NCBI GenBank assembly: GCA_963837165.1
Contig: CAWIMD010000002.1
Coordinates: 184,143-248,142 of the forward strand
From: Vicinamibacteria bacterium
GTDB lineage: Bacteria; Acidobacteriota; Vicinamibacteria; Vicinamibacterales; JAENWD01
Direction of reading: 5' to 3'
Length of the DNA stretch: 64,000 bases
Below, piece by piece: positions 47,223 to 57,238 of the stretch. The position numbers and the translations under genes are program-made. Under the pieces are notes generated by a model, which ran no database searches, had not been told where the DNA came from, and worked only from the letters and a program-made list of their open reading frames with translations. The stretch's first letter is position 1. Each line of letters opens with the position of its first letter.

Positions 47223-49946
47223 GTGAGGCGGCGGAGGCGGCCGATCTTCGCGTATGCTGGCGCTGCTCCACCTGGCCGGCATGTCGTGACATCAGCGCTC
47301 GACCTGGCAGCCGCCCTCGATTCCCTGCCAGACGGTCTGGCCATCCTGGACCGTCAGGGCAGGTTGCGGTTTGCCAACGCGACCCTGCGACACCTGCTGA
47401 CCGATCCCGCCTCGGGACCGTTGATTGGCCGTGTGCTATGGGACGTGGCGCCCGGCACCGATCGACGGGCGCTCGACTCGGTGCTCGCCGCCGACGCCGC
47501 GTCATCCCCGCGCACGCACCAGGTCGGCCGCCTCGAGCGCCTCGGACGCCGGCTCGACATCCAGGCGACCCCTCTCGCCGACGGGGCCGTGATCACCGTG
47601 CGCGAGGACGCCGCCAGCCGTCTGCCGGACCCCACGACACCGCCGATCCTCGACCGCGTCGAGCTGGCCCTGGCCGCCAGCCTCGAGGGCCTCTGGTGGT
47701 GGGATCTGGCGAACGGGACCTTGTGGGTCTCGGCCCACTACGCGGAAATGCTGGGTGAGCGTCCCGAGGCGTATGAGGCCAGCTATCAGCGCTACGCCGA
47801 GCGCATCCATCCCGAGGACCGCCCGCGCGTGGAGGCCGTCCTGGCCGATCACGCCGCCCGCGGGCGACCATACCGCGCCGAGTACCGGATCCGCCGCTGT
47901 GACGGCGCCTGGCGCTGGCACGTGACGCGTGGCGCCTCCGTCAGGGACGCGTCGGGCGCCGTCGTGCGAATGGCCGGCACCACGAGCGACGTCACGGAGT
48001 GGCGCGAGGCCGAGGAGGCGCTGCGCGAGAGCGAGGCCCGGTTCCGCATTCTCGCGGCCAGCGCGCCGCTCGGCATCTTCCTGGCCAACGCGTCGGGACG
48101 GGTCGTGTACGCGAACCCGCGGCTGCTCGAGATGTTCACCGCCGGCTACGAGCAGATGCTCGACGGCACGTTCGTCGGCCGGATCCACCCCGAGGATCGC
48201 GCGAAGGTCGAGGCCAGCTGGGCCGAGGCCGTCCGCGCCGTCTCGGAGAGCGTCCAGCGCTACCGGCTGGTGCGCGACGATCGCCGCGTCCTCTGGGTGG
48301 AAGGCCGCACGGCGCCGATACGCAACGAGAACCGGCAGGTCATCGGGCACATCGGCCTCGTCCATGACGTCACCGAGCAGCGCGAGGCGGAGCTCGCGCT
48401 CGAGACCAGCGAGAACCGCTTCCGGACACTGGCCGAGGAGTCCCCGATCGGCATCTATCAGATCGACAATGCCGGTACGCTCCTGTACCTGAACCGGGGG
48501 GCGCAACGCATCCTGGGCATCCGGCCCGAGGACAAGCCGTCGGAGTTCTTCTCCCGCGTCCACCCCGACGATCGGTCGATCGTCCACGAGCGGCGCCGGC
48601 GCCTGCTCGATCCGGCATTGATGCGGGAGGTGGAGTTCCGCCTCACGAATCCCGACGGGAGCCTTCGCTGGATCCGGGCGAGGGCGGCGGTCATCAGCGG
48701 TCCGGACGGCCGCGCCACCGGGCGCATCGGCACGCTCGAAGACATCACCGCGTCGCGGGCCGCCGAAACGGCACGCCGCGAAATCGAGTCCCGGATCCAG
48801 CACGCGCAGAAGCTCGAGAGCCTCGGCGTGCTCGCCGGGGGCATCGCGCACGACTTCAACAACCTGCTGGTAGGCATCCTGGGCAACGCCAACCTCGCGA
48901 TGCTGGATCTGCCGGGCGACTCGCCGGCCCACGAGGCGGTCCTCCAGATCCAGGCCGCGGCGGAACGCTCCGCGGACCTGACGCGGCAGCTGCTCGCCTA
49001 CGCGGGCAAGGGCCAGTTCGAGATCCGTCGCGTGCAGGTCTCACGGCTCGTCAGCGACGTGCTGCCGCTGCTCCAGGCCGCCCTCTCCAAGCGGGTGGAG
49101 CTTCGGCACGAGTTCGCGCCCACGCTGCCCGACGTCGACGGCGATCCCGCGCAGCTCACGCAGGTGGTCATGAACCTGCTCACCAACGCGTCGGATGCCA
49201 TCGGCGACCGGACCGGCGTCGTCTCGATCCGCACCTTTGTGCGTACGCTCGCCAGGCCGGAGCTGGCGCCGATGTCCCTCGGGGCCGAGCTTCCGGCGGG
49301 CGACTACGTCGGCCTGGAGGTCGAGGACACCGGGGCGGGCATGGACCAGGCCACTCTCGATCGCATCTTCGAGCCGTTCTTCACGACGAAGTTCACCGGT
49401 CGCGGCCTCGGCCTCGCCGCCGTGCTGGGAATCGTGCGCAGCCATCGGGGGGCGCTGAGCGTGCGGTCGGCGCCGGGGGCGGGCACCACGTTCGGCATCT
49501 GGCTGCCGGTGCGGCAGGGCGTCATCGAGGCGCCCGCGCACATCGGCCGCGACATTGCCGTTCCGATCGCCACAGGGCTCGTGCTCGTCGCCGACGATGA
49601 GCCGTCCGTGCGGCAGGTCACGCGCAAGTTCCTGGAACGCTGGGGCTACGAGGTGATGGAAGCCGCCGACGGGCTCGAGGCGCTCGCCACGGTCCAACGG
49701 GAGGCCGGCCGGCTGCGCCTGGTGCTGCTCGACATCACGATGCCCAGGAAGGACGGCGTCGAGGCGTTTCGCGAGCTGCGGCAGCTGAACCGGACGCTGC
49801 CCGTCGTGCTCATGAGCGGGTTCACCGAGCAGGCGGCGGCCACCGATCTCGGGCGCTTCGACCGCGCGTACTTCATCCAGAAACCATTCAAGGGAGAGGA
49901 CCTCCGTCGGGTAGTATCAGAGGCGATTCACGGTTCGGGAGACTGA
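47223..49946 (+). CDS. Multi-PAS hybrid sensor histidine kinase with a C-terminal receiver
   Basis: 907-aa ORF. About 4 PAS/PAC units (e.g. YRAEYRIRRCDGAWRW, RYRLVRDDRRVLWVEG, EFRLTNPDGSLRWIRA). H-box GGIAHDFNNLL, G-boxes EDTGAGM and GRGLGLA, receiver LVLLDITMPRKDG. The start is uncertain. Confidence 0.85.
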   Translation: MRRRRRPIFAYAGAAPPGRHVVTSALDLAAALDSLPDGLAILDRQGRLRFANATLRHLLTDPASGPLIGRVLWDVAPGTDRRALDSVLAADAASSPRTHQVGRLERLGRRLDIQATPLADGAVITVREDAASRLPDPTTPPILDRVELALAASLEGLWWWDLANGTLWVSAHYAEMLGERPEAYEASYQRYAERIHPEDRPRVEAVLADHAARGRPYRAEYRIRRCDGAWRWHVTRGASVRDASGAVVRMAGTTSDVTEWREAEEALRESEARFRILAASAPLGIFLANASGRVVYANPRLLEMFTAGYEQMLDGTFVGRIHPEDRAKVEASWAEAVRAVSESVQRYRLVRDDRRVLWVEGRTAPIRNENRQVIGHIGLVHDVTEQREAELALETSENRFRTLAEESPIGIYQIDNAGTLLYLNRGAQRILGIRPEDKPSEFFSRVHPDDRSIVHERRRRLLDPALMREVEFRLTNPDGSLRWIRARAAVISGPDGRATGRIGTLEDITASRAAETARREIESRIQHAQKLESLGVLAGGIAHDFNNLLVGILGNANLAMLDLPGDSPAHEAVLQIQAAAERSADLTRQLLAYAGKGQFEIRRVQVSRLVSDVLPLLQAALSKRVELRHEFAPTLPDVDGDPAQLTQVVMNLLTNASDAIGDRTGVVSIRTFVRTLARPELAPMSLGAELPAGDYVGLEVEDTGAGMDQATLDRIFEPFFTTKFTGRGLGLAAVLGIVRSHRGALSVRSAPGAGTTFGIWLPVRQGVIEAPAHIGRDIAVPIATGLVLVADDEPSVRQVTRKFLERWGYEVMEAADGLEALATVQREAGRLRLVLLDITMPRKDGVEAFRELRQLNRTLPVVLMSGFTEQAAATDLGRFDRAYFIQKPFKGEDLRRVVSEAIHGSGD

Positions 49947-49974
49947 CGCGCGGTCTCCAGCAAGGAGGGCCGGC

Positions 49975-52900
49975 ATGGCGTCCGGCAGCGAACGTCCTGT
50001 GGTGGGTCTGTACGTCTCGGCCGCCGCGCACGAGCGGCTCGCGCGTGCGGACGCCTTCCTCCGCGACACCAGCCCCGCCGCGGAAGTGCTCATCGTCGGT
50101 GCGACCCGCGGGGCGGCCGACGACCTGGCCCGCCGCGCGGTGGGACCTGGCGGCGCCTCCTTCGGCTGGCACCGGTACAGCCTGATTCAGCTGGCGGCCC
50201 GTGTGGCCGTGCGCGCGCTGGCGGCCGAGCGCCGGCTGCCGGCCTCGCCCCTCGGCGCCGAAGCCGTCTCGGCTCGCGCCATCTTCCGTGTGCTCGCCGG
50301 CCGCGGCCTCCAGTACTTCGCCCCGGTTGCGCGGACACCCGGTTTCGCGCCGAGCGTTGCGCGGAGCCTCGGCGAACTGCGACTCGCCGGGGTCGGCGAC
50401 GCGCTGGCGGCACTCGGGCCACGCGGGTCGGATTTGGCGCGGCTCATGGCCCAGGTCGAGCGCGAGCTCGCCGAGGCCGGCGCGGCCGATCGGGCCGCAA
50501 TCATCGCGACCGCCCTTGCCGCGCTCGAGGCCGGGCAGGAGGAGGTCTGTGCGCAGGTGCGCGGCCGCCCGCTGCTCCTGATCGATCTGGCGGCCGGTTC
50601 CACGCTGGAGGCGCGCTTCCTTGCCCGCCTTGCCGCGCTGGCCGCCGGAACCTTGCTCACGCTGCCGCTGGGCGACGAGCGCACCCGCCGCGCGCTGGAG
50701 CCTCACGTCGCCTTCGAGACGGCGGCCGCTCCGGCCGAGACGGCCACCACCGTGGGCCGGTTGCGCAGTCGGATCTTCGTGTCGGACCTGTCCGAGGCGT
50801 CGGGCCCGTCCGACGACGTGCAGGTGTTCTCGGCGCCAGGCGAGGCGAGGGAAGCCGTCGAGATCGCGCGCCGGCTCCTGGCAGAAGCCGGCCGCGGCGT
50901 TCCCTTCGACGAGATGGCGGTGCTCGTCCGCGCGCCGCACCTGTACCTGGGCCTGCTCGAGCACGCGCTGTCGCGCGCCGGCATTCCCGCGTGGTTCGAT
51001 CGCGGGACGCGGCGGCCCGATCCGGCGGGGCGCGCGCTGCTGGCATTGCTGCTCTGCGCCGAAGAGGGCCTGTCGGCGCGGCGGTTTGCCGAGTACCTCT
51101 CGCTGGCACAGGTGCCCGATCCCGAGCGCGTCCCGGACGCCGACGTCCAGCTGCCCGCCGATGACGAAGCGCTCATGGCCGCGCTGGGCGTCGACGCGCC
51201 GCCCGAGGAGCCGCTGCCGCCGCTTCGGACCGACGCCCCGCCAGACCTGCCGGTGGTGGACGGCTCGCTCCGGGCGCCGTGGCGCTGGGAAGCGCTGCTC
51301 GTCGAATCGGCAGTGATCGGCGGACGCGAGCGCTGGGTGTCGCGTCTGGACGGGCTTGCCCAGGAGTACCGGCGCAGGCTCGCGGAGCTGGGCGCCGAGG
51401 AGCCCGAGGCCCCTCGCGCCGTGGCGCTCGCGCGCGACAGCGCGCACCTGGAGCACCTGCGGGCGTTCGCGCTGCCGATCGTCGGCGCGCTGGACGACTG
51501 GCGCGAGGCGGACTGGACCTGGGGTGAGTGGCTGAATCGCCTGGCCGCGCTCGCGCCACGCGTGCTCCGCCGTCCGGCGCGGGTCCAGCGCGTGCTCGCG
51601 GAGCTCAGGCCCATGGCCGACGTCGGCCCGGTGGGCATCGGCGAAGTGCGCAAGGTGCTGAGCGATCGCCTCCGCATGCTGGCCGTCGAGCCCCCGGCCC
51701 GCCGCTTCGGCCGCGTGTTCGTCGGATCCCCCGAACAGGCGCGGGGACGGGCATTCCGCGTCGCGTTCGTCCCCGGCCTCGCCGAGCGCGTCTTCCCGCA
51801 GAAGCTGCGCGAGGATCCGCTGCTGCTCGACGACGCGCGGCGGGCGCTCGGCAGCGGGCTGCCCGTGCGCGAGGATCGGGCGACGCACGAACGCCTGCAG
51901 CTCAGGCTGGCGATTGGCGCCGTGTCGGAACGGCTGGACCTCTCGTACCCGAGACTCGACGTCAGCGAGGCCCGGCCGCGCGTGCCCTCGTTCTATGCGC
52001 TCGACGTGCAGCGCGCGCTCACCGGGCGCATTCCGTCGCACGAGGACCTCGAGCGCGAGGCCTACCGGCGGGGAGGCGCCACCCTGGCGTGGCCGGCCCC
52101 GGCAGACCCGGCCCGCTCGGTGGACGCGCTCGAGCACGATCTCGCGGTGCTGCGCGGGCTGCTCGACGAACCCGACCCGGCGCGTGCCCGGGGCCGTGCC
52201 CGCTACCTGCTCTCGCTGAACGCCTGCCTGGGCCGATCGGTGCGGGAGCGCTGGTCGCGCCACCAGCGCCAGTGGTCCGAGGCCGACGGCCTGATGAAGG
52301 TCTCCGACCCCATCCGCGAGGCGCTGGCCGGCCAGCGGCTGGGGGCACGCCCGTATTCGTTGTCCGCGCTCCAGCACTACGCCGCCTGCCCGTACCGCTT
52401 TCTCCTGTCGGCCATCTACCGCCTGGCGCCCCGCGAGGACGCCGTAGCGCTGCAGCGCCTGGACCCGCTGACGAAGGGCAGCATCTTCCATCGCATCCAG
52501 GCGGAGTTCCTGCGCGCGCTGAAGGACGGTGGACGGGTGCCGGTGCGGCCGGCGGCGCTGCCAGAGGCGCTGGCCACGCTGTCGGCGACGGTCGCGCGCG
52601 TCGCCGCCGACGAGCGGGTGCGGCTGGCGCCCGCCATTCCGCGTGTCTGGGACGACGAAGTCGCCGCGATGGAGCGGGACCTCGCGCGCTGGGTGCACAT
52701 GCTGGCGGACGACCCCGACGGCTGGGTCCCGCAGTGGTTCGAGTTCGGGTTCGGCCTGCCGCCCGATCCGGGCCGCGATCCGGCCAGCGTGTCAGAGCCC
52801 GTGCGGGTGGACGGGCGCTTCCTGCTCCGCGGCTCGATCGATCTGGTCGAGCGGCATCCGGTGGGTGCGCTGCGCGTCACCGACCACAAGACGGGACGCG

Positions 52901-53265
52901 CGCGCTGGACCGAGCCGCTCATCGTGGGCGGCGGGGAAGTGCTGCAGCCCGTGCTCTACAGCCTCGTCCTCGAGGCCTGGACGGGGGATCTCGTGACCGA
53001 GGGCCGGCTGTCGTTCTGCACGACGGCCGGAGGGTTCACGCCCGTTCGTGTCCTGATCACGGACACGTCGCGCCGGGCGGGCATCGAGGTGCTCGAGATC
53101 GTGGACCGTGGCGTGGAGCACGCGATGCTGGCGCCGTACCCCCGGGACGGCGCCTGCCAGTGGTGCGACTTCCAGGCGGTCTGCGGGCCGGACGAGGAGC
53201 GGCGCACGCGCCGGAAGCCGCCGGCGCGGTTTGCCGATCTCGAGGCGCTGAGGGAGAAGGAATGA
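49975..53265 (+). CDS. AddB/AdnA-like helicase-nuclease subunit (PD-(D/E)XK nuclease with C-terminal Cys cluster)
   Basis: 1096 aa. C-terminal nuclease block ALQHYAACPYRF...GSIDLVERH...VTDHKTGRA...ACQWCDFQAVCG. The stop overlaps the addA-like ATG (ATGA). Confidence 0.78.
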   Translation: MASGSERPVVGLYVSAAAHERLARADAFLRDTSPAAEVLIVGATRGAADDLARRAVGPGGASFGWHRYSLIQLAARVAVRALAAERRLPASPLGAEAVSARAIFRVLAGRGLQYFAPVARTPGFAPSVARSLGELRLAGVGDALAALGPRGSDLARLMAQVERELAEAGAADRAAIIATALAALEAGQEEVCAQVRGRPLLLIDLAAGSTLEARFLARLAALAAGTLLTLPLGDERTRRALEPHVAFETAAAPAETATTVGRLRSRIFVSDLSEASGPSDDVQVFSAPGEAREAVEIARRLLAEAGRGVPFDEMAVLVRAPHLYLGLLEHALSRAGIPAWFDRGTRRPDPAGRALLALLLCAEEGLSARRFAEYLSLAQVPDPERVPDADVQLPADDEALMAALGVDAPPEEPLPPLRTDAPPDLPVVDGSLRAPWRWEALLVESAVIGGRERWVSRLDGLAQEYRRRLAELGAEEPEAPRAVALARDSAHLEHLRAFALPIVGALDDWREADWTWGEWLNRLAALAPRVLRRPARVQRVLAELRPMADVGPVGIGEVRKVLSDRLRMLAVEPPARRFGRVFVGSPEQARGRAFRVAFVPGLAERVFPQKLREDPLLLDDARRALGSGLPVREDRATHERLQLRLAIGAVSERLDLSYPRLDVSEARPRVPSFYALDVQRALTGRIPSHEDLEREAYRRGGATLAWPAPADPARSVDALEHDLAVLRGLLDEPDPARARGRARYLLSLNACLGRSVRERWSRHQRQWSEADGLMKVSDPIREALAGQRLGARPYSLSALQHYAACPYRFLLSAIYRLAPREDAVALQRLDPLTKGSIFHRIQAEFLRALKDGGRVPVRPAALPEALATLSATVARVAADERVRLAPAIPRVWDDEVAAMERDLARWVHMLADDPDGWVPQWFEFGFGLPPDPGRDPASVSEPVRVDGRFLLRGSIDLVERHPVGALRVTDHKTGRARWTEPLIVGGGEVLQPVLYSLVLEAWTGDLVTEGRLSFCTTAGGFTPVRVLITDTSRRAGIEVLEIVDRGVEHAMLAPYPRDGACQWCDFQAVCGPDEERRTRRKPPARFADLEALREKE

Positions 53266-56200
53266 CGGCCCCCCATCGCGAACCGCAGGACCAGGCCGAG
53301 CGCGACCGCATTCGCGGCGACCTCGATCATTCCTACGTGGTCGAGGCCGCTGCCGGCACCGGGAAGACGACCGAGCTCGTGGCGCGCATCGTCAACGTGC
53401 TGGCGTCGGGGCGCGCGACGGTGGAGCAGATCGTCGCGGTGACCTTCACCGAGAAGGCGGCGGGCGAGCTGAAGCTGCGCTTGCGGAAGGAGCTGGAAGA
53501 GACGCGCGCGAGCGCCGCCGGCGAAAGGCGGGCGCGGCTCGACGAGGCGTTGCGGTTTCTCGAGGAGGCCCGGGTCAGCACCATTCACGGCTTCTGCGCC
53601 GACCTGCTCCGCGAGCGTCCGGTCGAGGCCCGCGTGGACCCGCAGTTCCAGGTGCTCACCGAGGACCAGGCCGATCGCCTCTACAACCGGGCCTTCGGCG
53701 CGTGGCTCGAAGCCGAGCTGCAGGAGCCAGGCGAGGGAGTGCGCAGGTCGCTGCGCCGCGTCACCCGCCGCAGCTTCGGCACCGAGGAGGACGAGGACGG
53801 CCCGATCGAGCGGCTGCGCCGCGCCGGCAGGGCGCTGCTCGAGTGGCGCGACCACGCGGCGCGCTGGCGGCGGGAGCCCTTCGATCGAGGCGCCGAGGTG
53901 GCGCGCCTGGTGGCCGATCTGTCCGCGTTCGTCGCGATGTCCGAGTCGCCGGCCTGGAGCGGTGACCCGCTGTACAAGGACACGATCGGCGCCAGGACGC
54001 GGCACGCGGCGATCCGCGACGGGCTCGTGCCGGCCGACGATCCCGACGGCCTCGAGGCCCTGCTGGTGGACCTCCATCACGACCGCGGGTTCTCGCGGCC
54101 CCACAAGGGCAGCGGCGCGCGATACGGCGGCACCAGCACGAGGACCGCCGTCTGGGACGCGCGGCACCGGCTGTACGAGGCGCTCGGCGACTTCGAGCGG
54201 CGCGCGAACGCCGATCTCGCGGCGGCCCTCCAGGTCGATCTGGAGGCGTGCCTGGCCCGGTACGACGCGCTGAAGGCGGAAGCGGGCGCCCTCGATTTCG
54301 TGGACCTGCTGCTCGAGACCCGACGGGTCCTCCGGGACAACGCCGAGGTCAGGCGCACCTTCCGGCAGCGGCTCACACACCTGTTCGTCGACGAGTTCCA
54401 GGACACGGATCCGCTCCAGGCCGAGATCCTCGTCCTGCTCGCGGGGCATCCCGACGAAGACGCGAACGGGCCGCTCGATTGGCGGCAGGTCCGCCCGCGC
54501 CAGGGGGCGCTCTTCGTCGTCGGCGATCCGAAACAGTCGATCTACCGGTTCCGGCGGGCGGATGTCGGCGCCTACCTCGACGTGTGCCGGTGGCTCGAGG
54601 AGCGGGGCGCCAGGCACGCGACCCTCTCCACCAGCTTCCGTGCCACGCCGCCCATCCAGCACCTCGTCAACGCGGCGTTCGCGCCGCTGATGACGGAGGA
54701 CCGGCACGCGCTGCAGGCCGACTACGTCGCCCTCACGAACTGGCGCACCGCGGTGGCCGGGCGCCCGGCCGTCGTGGCGCTGCCGGTGCCCCGGCCGTAC
54801 GGCGCGCGCCACATCGCGAAGGCGTCGATCGAGGCGTCGCTCCCGGATGCGGTCGGTGGCTTTCTCGAATGGCTGTTCCGGCGCAGCGGGTGGCAGGTGA
54901 GCGAGCGCAGCCGCGCGAACGGCCAATGGCAGCTCGTCGATGTCGCCGCGCGCCACGTGTGCCTGCTCTTCAGGCGCTTCACCAGCTTCGGCCAGGACAT
55001 GACGCGCCCGTACGTGCAGGCACTCGAGGCCCGCGACATCGCGCACCTGCTCGTCGGCGGCAAGTCGTTCCACGATCGTGAGGAGGTCGAGAGTGTGCGC
55101 GCCGCGCTCACCGCGATCGAATGGCCGGACGACGAGCTGTCGGTGTTTGCGACGCTGCGTGGCGCGCTGTTCGCCATCGGCGACGAGGTGCTGCTGGAGT
55201 ACCGGCATCACTTCAGGCGCTTCCATCCCTATCAGGTCCCCGAGCACCTGACCAATCGCCTCGTGCCGGTCGGCGAGGCCCTGACGCGGCTCAGGCAGCT
55301 CCATCAGCAGCGGAACGTCCGTCCGGTCGCCGACACGATTGCCGACCTGCTGTCGGCGACGCGCGCGCACGTGGCCTTCGCGCTCCGGCCCGGCGGCGAA
55401 CAGGCGCTCGCCAACGTGCTCCACGTGGCCGACCTCGCCCGGCGGTACGAGGCGGACGGCGGCCTCTCGTTCCGCGGCTTCGTCGACGCCCTCGCCGACG
55501 CGGCCGCACGTGCCGAGGCGCCGGAGGCGCCGATTCTCGAGGAGGGCAGCGACGGCGTCCGGTTGATGACCGTCCACAAGGCCAAGGGGCTCGAGTTCCC
55601 GGTGGTGGTCCTGGTCGACATGACCTGCAAGCTGTCGCGGGATGTGGCCGACCGTCACCTGGACGCGTCGCGCGGGCTCGCCGCGATCCGTCTGGCGGGC
55701 TGGGCCCCCGCGGACCTGCTCGATCACGAGCCGCTGGAGGTGGAGCGGGACCGCCAGGAGGCCATTCGTCTCGCGTACGTCGCCGCCACGCGCGCGCGCG
55801 ACCTGCTGGTGGTGCCTGCCGTTGGCGACGAGCCGTTCGACGGCGGCTGGACGAGTCCGCTGAACGAGGCGATCTACCCGGCCGTCACGCGCCGGCGCGA
55901 GGCGCTCCCGGCGACCGGGTGCCCGCCGTTCAGGGGCGACACCGTGCTCGAGCGCCCGAACGGAGACCCGGCGCGCGCCGACACGATGCAGCCGGGCCTG
56001 CACGTGTTCGCCGAGGGCCCGTCGCCGTATGAGGTCGTGTGGTGGGATCCGCGCGCGCTGGACCTCGATCGCGAGCCGCCGGGCGGCGTGCGCCACCACG
56101 ACCTGATCGGCAAGGACGCGCCCGCCGAGGTGCTGGAGGAGACGCTGGCGGCGTTTCGGCGCTGGGAGCGCGCGCGGGCCGACGCCCTCGAGCGCGGCAG

Positions 56201-56747
56201 CCAGCCGTCGCGTGTGGTTGCCACGGCCTCGGAGTGGGCCGAGGATGCCACCCTTCCAGGCGTCCAAGGCATTCACGTGGCCGTCGAACGGGTTCCCGGC
56301 GCCGACCAGGCGCGACCGTCAGGGGCCAGATTCGGCGCGCTGGTGCACGCCATCCTGTCGGTCGTCCCGCTCGATGCGCCGGCCGATTCGATCCGGAGTA
56401 GCGCCGAGATCTCGGCCCGGCTGCTCGGCGCCCCGGCGGACGAGATCGATGCCGCGGTCGCCACCGTCCAGCGGGCACTCTCGCATCCCACGCTCGTGCG
56501 TGCGCGGAACGCAGACAGCGTTCGTCGAGAAGTGCCGGTCATGCTCGAGTTGGACGGCCGGCTCGTCGAAGGCGTGGCCGACCTCGTGTTCAGGGACGGC
56601 GGTCGCTGGACTGTCGTCGACTTCAAGACGGACGTGGAAATTGGTCGCCAGGGCCTGGATCGGTACCGCCGCCAGGTCAGCCTGTACGGCGCCGCCGTCG
56701 CGACGTCGACCGGAGAGCCGGCCGAGGGAGTGTTGCTGAGGATATGA
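53262..56747 (+). CDS. UvrD/Rep-family helicase with a C-terminal PD-(D/E)XK nuclease (AddA/RecB-like)
   Basis: True start is ATG 53262 inside track ORF 51528..56747. VVEAAAGTGKT (Walker A), FVDEFQDTDPLQ, GDPKQSIYRFRRAD, and the C-terminal nuclease GVADLVFRDGGRWTVVDFKTD. Confidence 0.85.
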   Translation: MTAPHREPQDQAERDRIRGDLDHSYVVEAAAGTGKTTELVARIVNVLASGRATVEQIVAVTFTEKAAGELKLRLRKELEETRASAAGERRARLDEALRFLEEARVSTIHGFCADLLRERPVEARVDPQFQVLTEDQADRLYNRAFGAWLEAELQEPGEGVRRSLRRVTRRSFGTEEDEDGPIERLRRAGRALLEWRDHAARWRREPFDRGAEVARLVADLSAFVAMSESPAWSGDPLYKDTIGARTRHAAIRDGLVPADDPDGLEALLVDLHHDRGFSRPHKGSGARYGGTSTRTAVWDARHRLYEALGDFERRANADLAAALQVDLEACLARYDALKAEAGALDFVDLLLETRRVLRDNAEVRRTFRQRLTHLFVDEFQDTDPLQAEILVLLAGHPDEDANGPLDWRQVRPRQGALFVVGDPKQSIYRFRRADVGAYLDVCRWLEERGARHATLSTSFRATPPIQHLVNAAFAPLMTEDRHALQADYVALTNWRTAVAGRPAVVALPVPRPYGARHIAKASIEASLPDAVGGFLEWLFRRSGWQVSERSRANGQWQLVDVAARHVCLLFRRFTSFGQDMTRPYVQALEARDIAHLLVGGKSFHDREEVESVRAALTAIEWPDDELSVFATLRGALFAIGDEVLLEYRHHFRRFHPYQVPEHLTNRLVPVGEALTRLRQLHQQRNVRPVADTIADLLSATRAHVAFALRPGGEQALANVLHVADLARRYEADGGLSFRGFVDALADAAARAEAPEAPILEEGSDGVRLMTVHKAKGLEFPVVVLVDMTCKLSRDVADRHLDASRGLAAIRLAGWAPADLLDHEPLEVERDRQEAIRLAYVAATRARDLLVVPAVGDEPFDGGWTSPLNEAIYPAVTRRREALPATGCPPFRGDTVLERPNGDPARADTMQPGLHVFAEGPSPYEVVWWDPRALDLDREPPGGVRHHDLIGKDAPAEVLEETLAAFRRWERARADALERGSQPSRVVATASEWAEDATLPGVQGIHVAVERVPGADQARPSGARFGALVHAILSVVPLDAPADSIRSSAEISARLLGAPADEIDAAVATVQRALSHPTLVRARNADSVRREVPVMLELDGRLVEGVADLVFRDGGRWTVVDFKTDVEIGRQGLDRYRRQVSLYGAAVATSTGEPAEGVLLRI

Positions 56748-56807
56748 ACCGGTTCGCTGGCTCCCGGTTCCCGGTTCGTGGGAGGATCGGAAGACAGGAG
56801 GCGTGGA

Positions 56808-57236
56808 ATGGCTCAGACCGGGCGTGCACACTGGGAAGGTGATCTGAAGTCGGGACGTGGGACGATCGCGCTGGGAAGCGGCGCGTTCGAGGGTCCGTAC
56901 TCGTTCAAGTCGCGCTTCGAGGGCGCGCCGGGGACGACGCCCGAGGAACTCCTCGGGGCGGCGCATGCCGGCTGCTTCACGATGGCGCTGTCGCTCGGCC
57001 TGACAACCGCCGGCCACCCGCCGACCAGCCTCGATACGACGGCGGCCGTCACGCTGGCGAAGGTGGGCGACGCGTTCGCGATCACCAGGATCGATCTGAA
57101 GACGCGCGGGGTCGTCCCGGGCCTGAGTGCGGCCGACTTCACGCGGCTCGCCGAGGACGCCAAGAAGAACTGCATCGTCTCGCGGGCCATCTCCAACGTG
57201 CCGATGACGCTGGAGGCGACGCTGGCCGGTGGGTGA
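56808..57236 (+). CDS. osmC: OsmC-family peroxiredoxin
   Basis: MAQTGRAHWEGDLKSGRGTI...TTPEELLGAAHAGCFTMAL...KKNCIVSRAI (two conserved Cys). Confidence 0.85.
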   Translation: MAQTGRAHWEGDLKSGRGTIALGSGAFEGPYSFKSRFEGAPGTTPEELLGAAHAGCFTMALSLGLTTAGHPPTSLDTTAAVTLAKVGDAFAITRIDLKTRGVVPGLSAADFTRLAEDAKKNCIVSRAISNVPMTLEATLAGG

Positions 57237-57238
57237 CA

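Noticed and set aside
49888-56276. Minus-strand ORFs of 936 aa and 1106 aa, and the 578-codon N-terminal extension of track ORF 51528..56747
   Set aside because: They are antisense to, or out of frame with, the AddB-like and AddA-like genes. The real AddA-like start is ATG 53262, coupled to the AddB-like stop.
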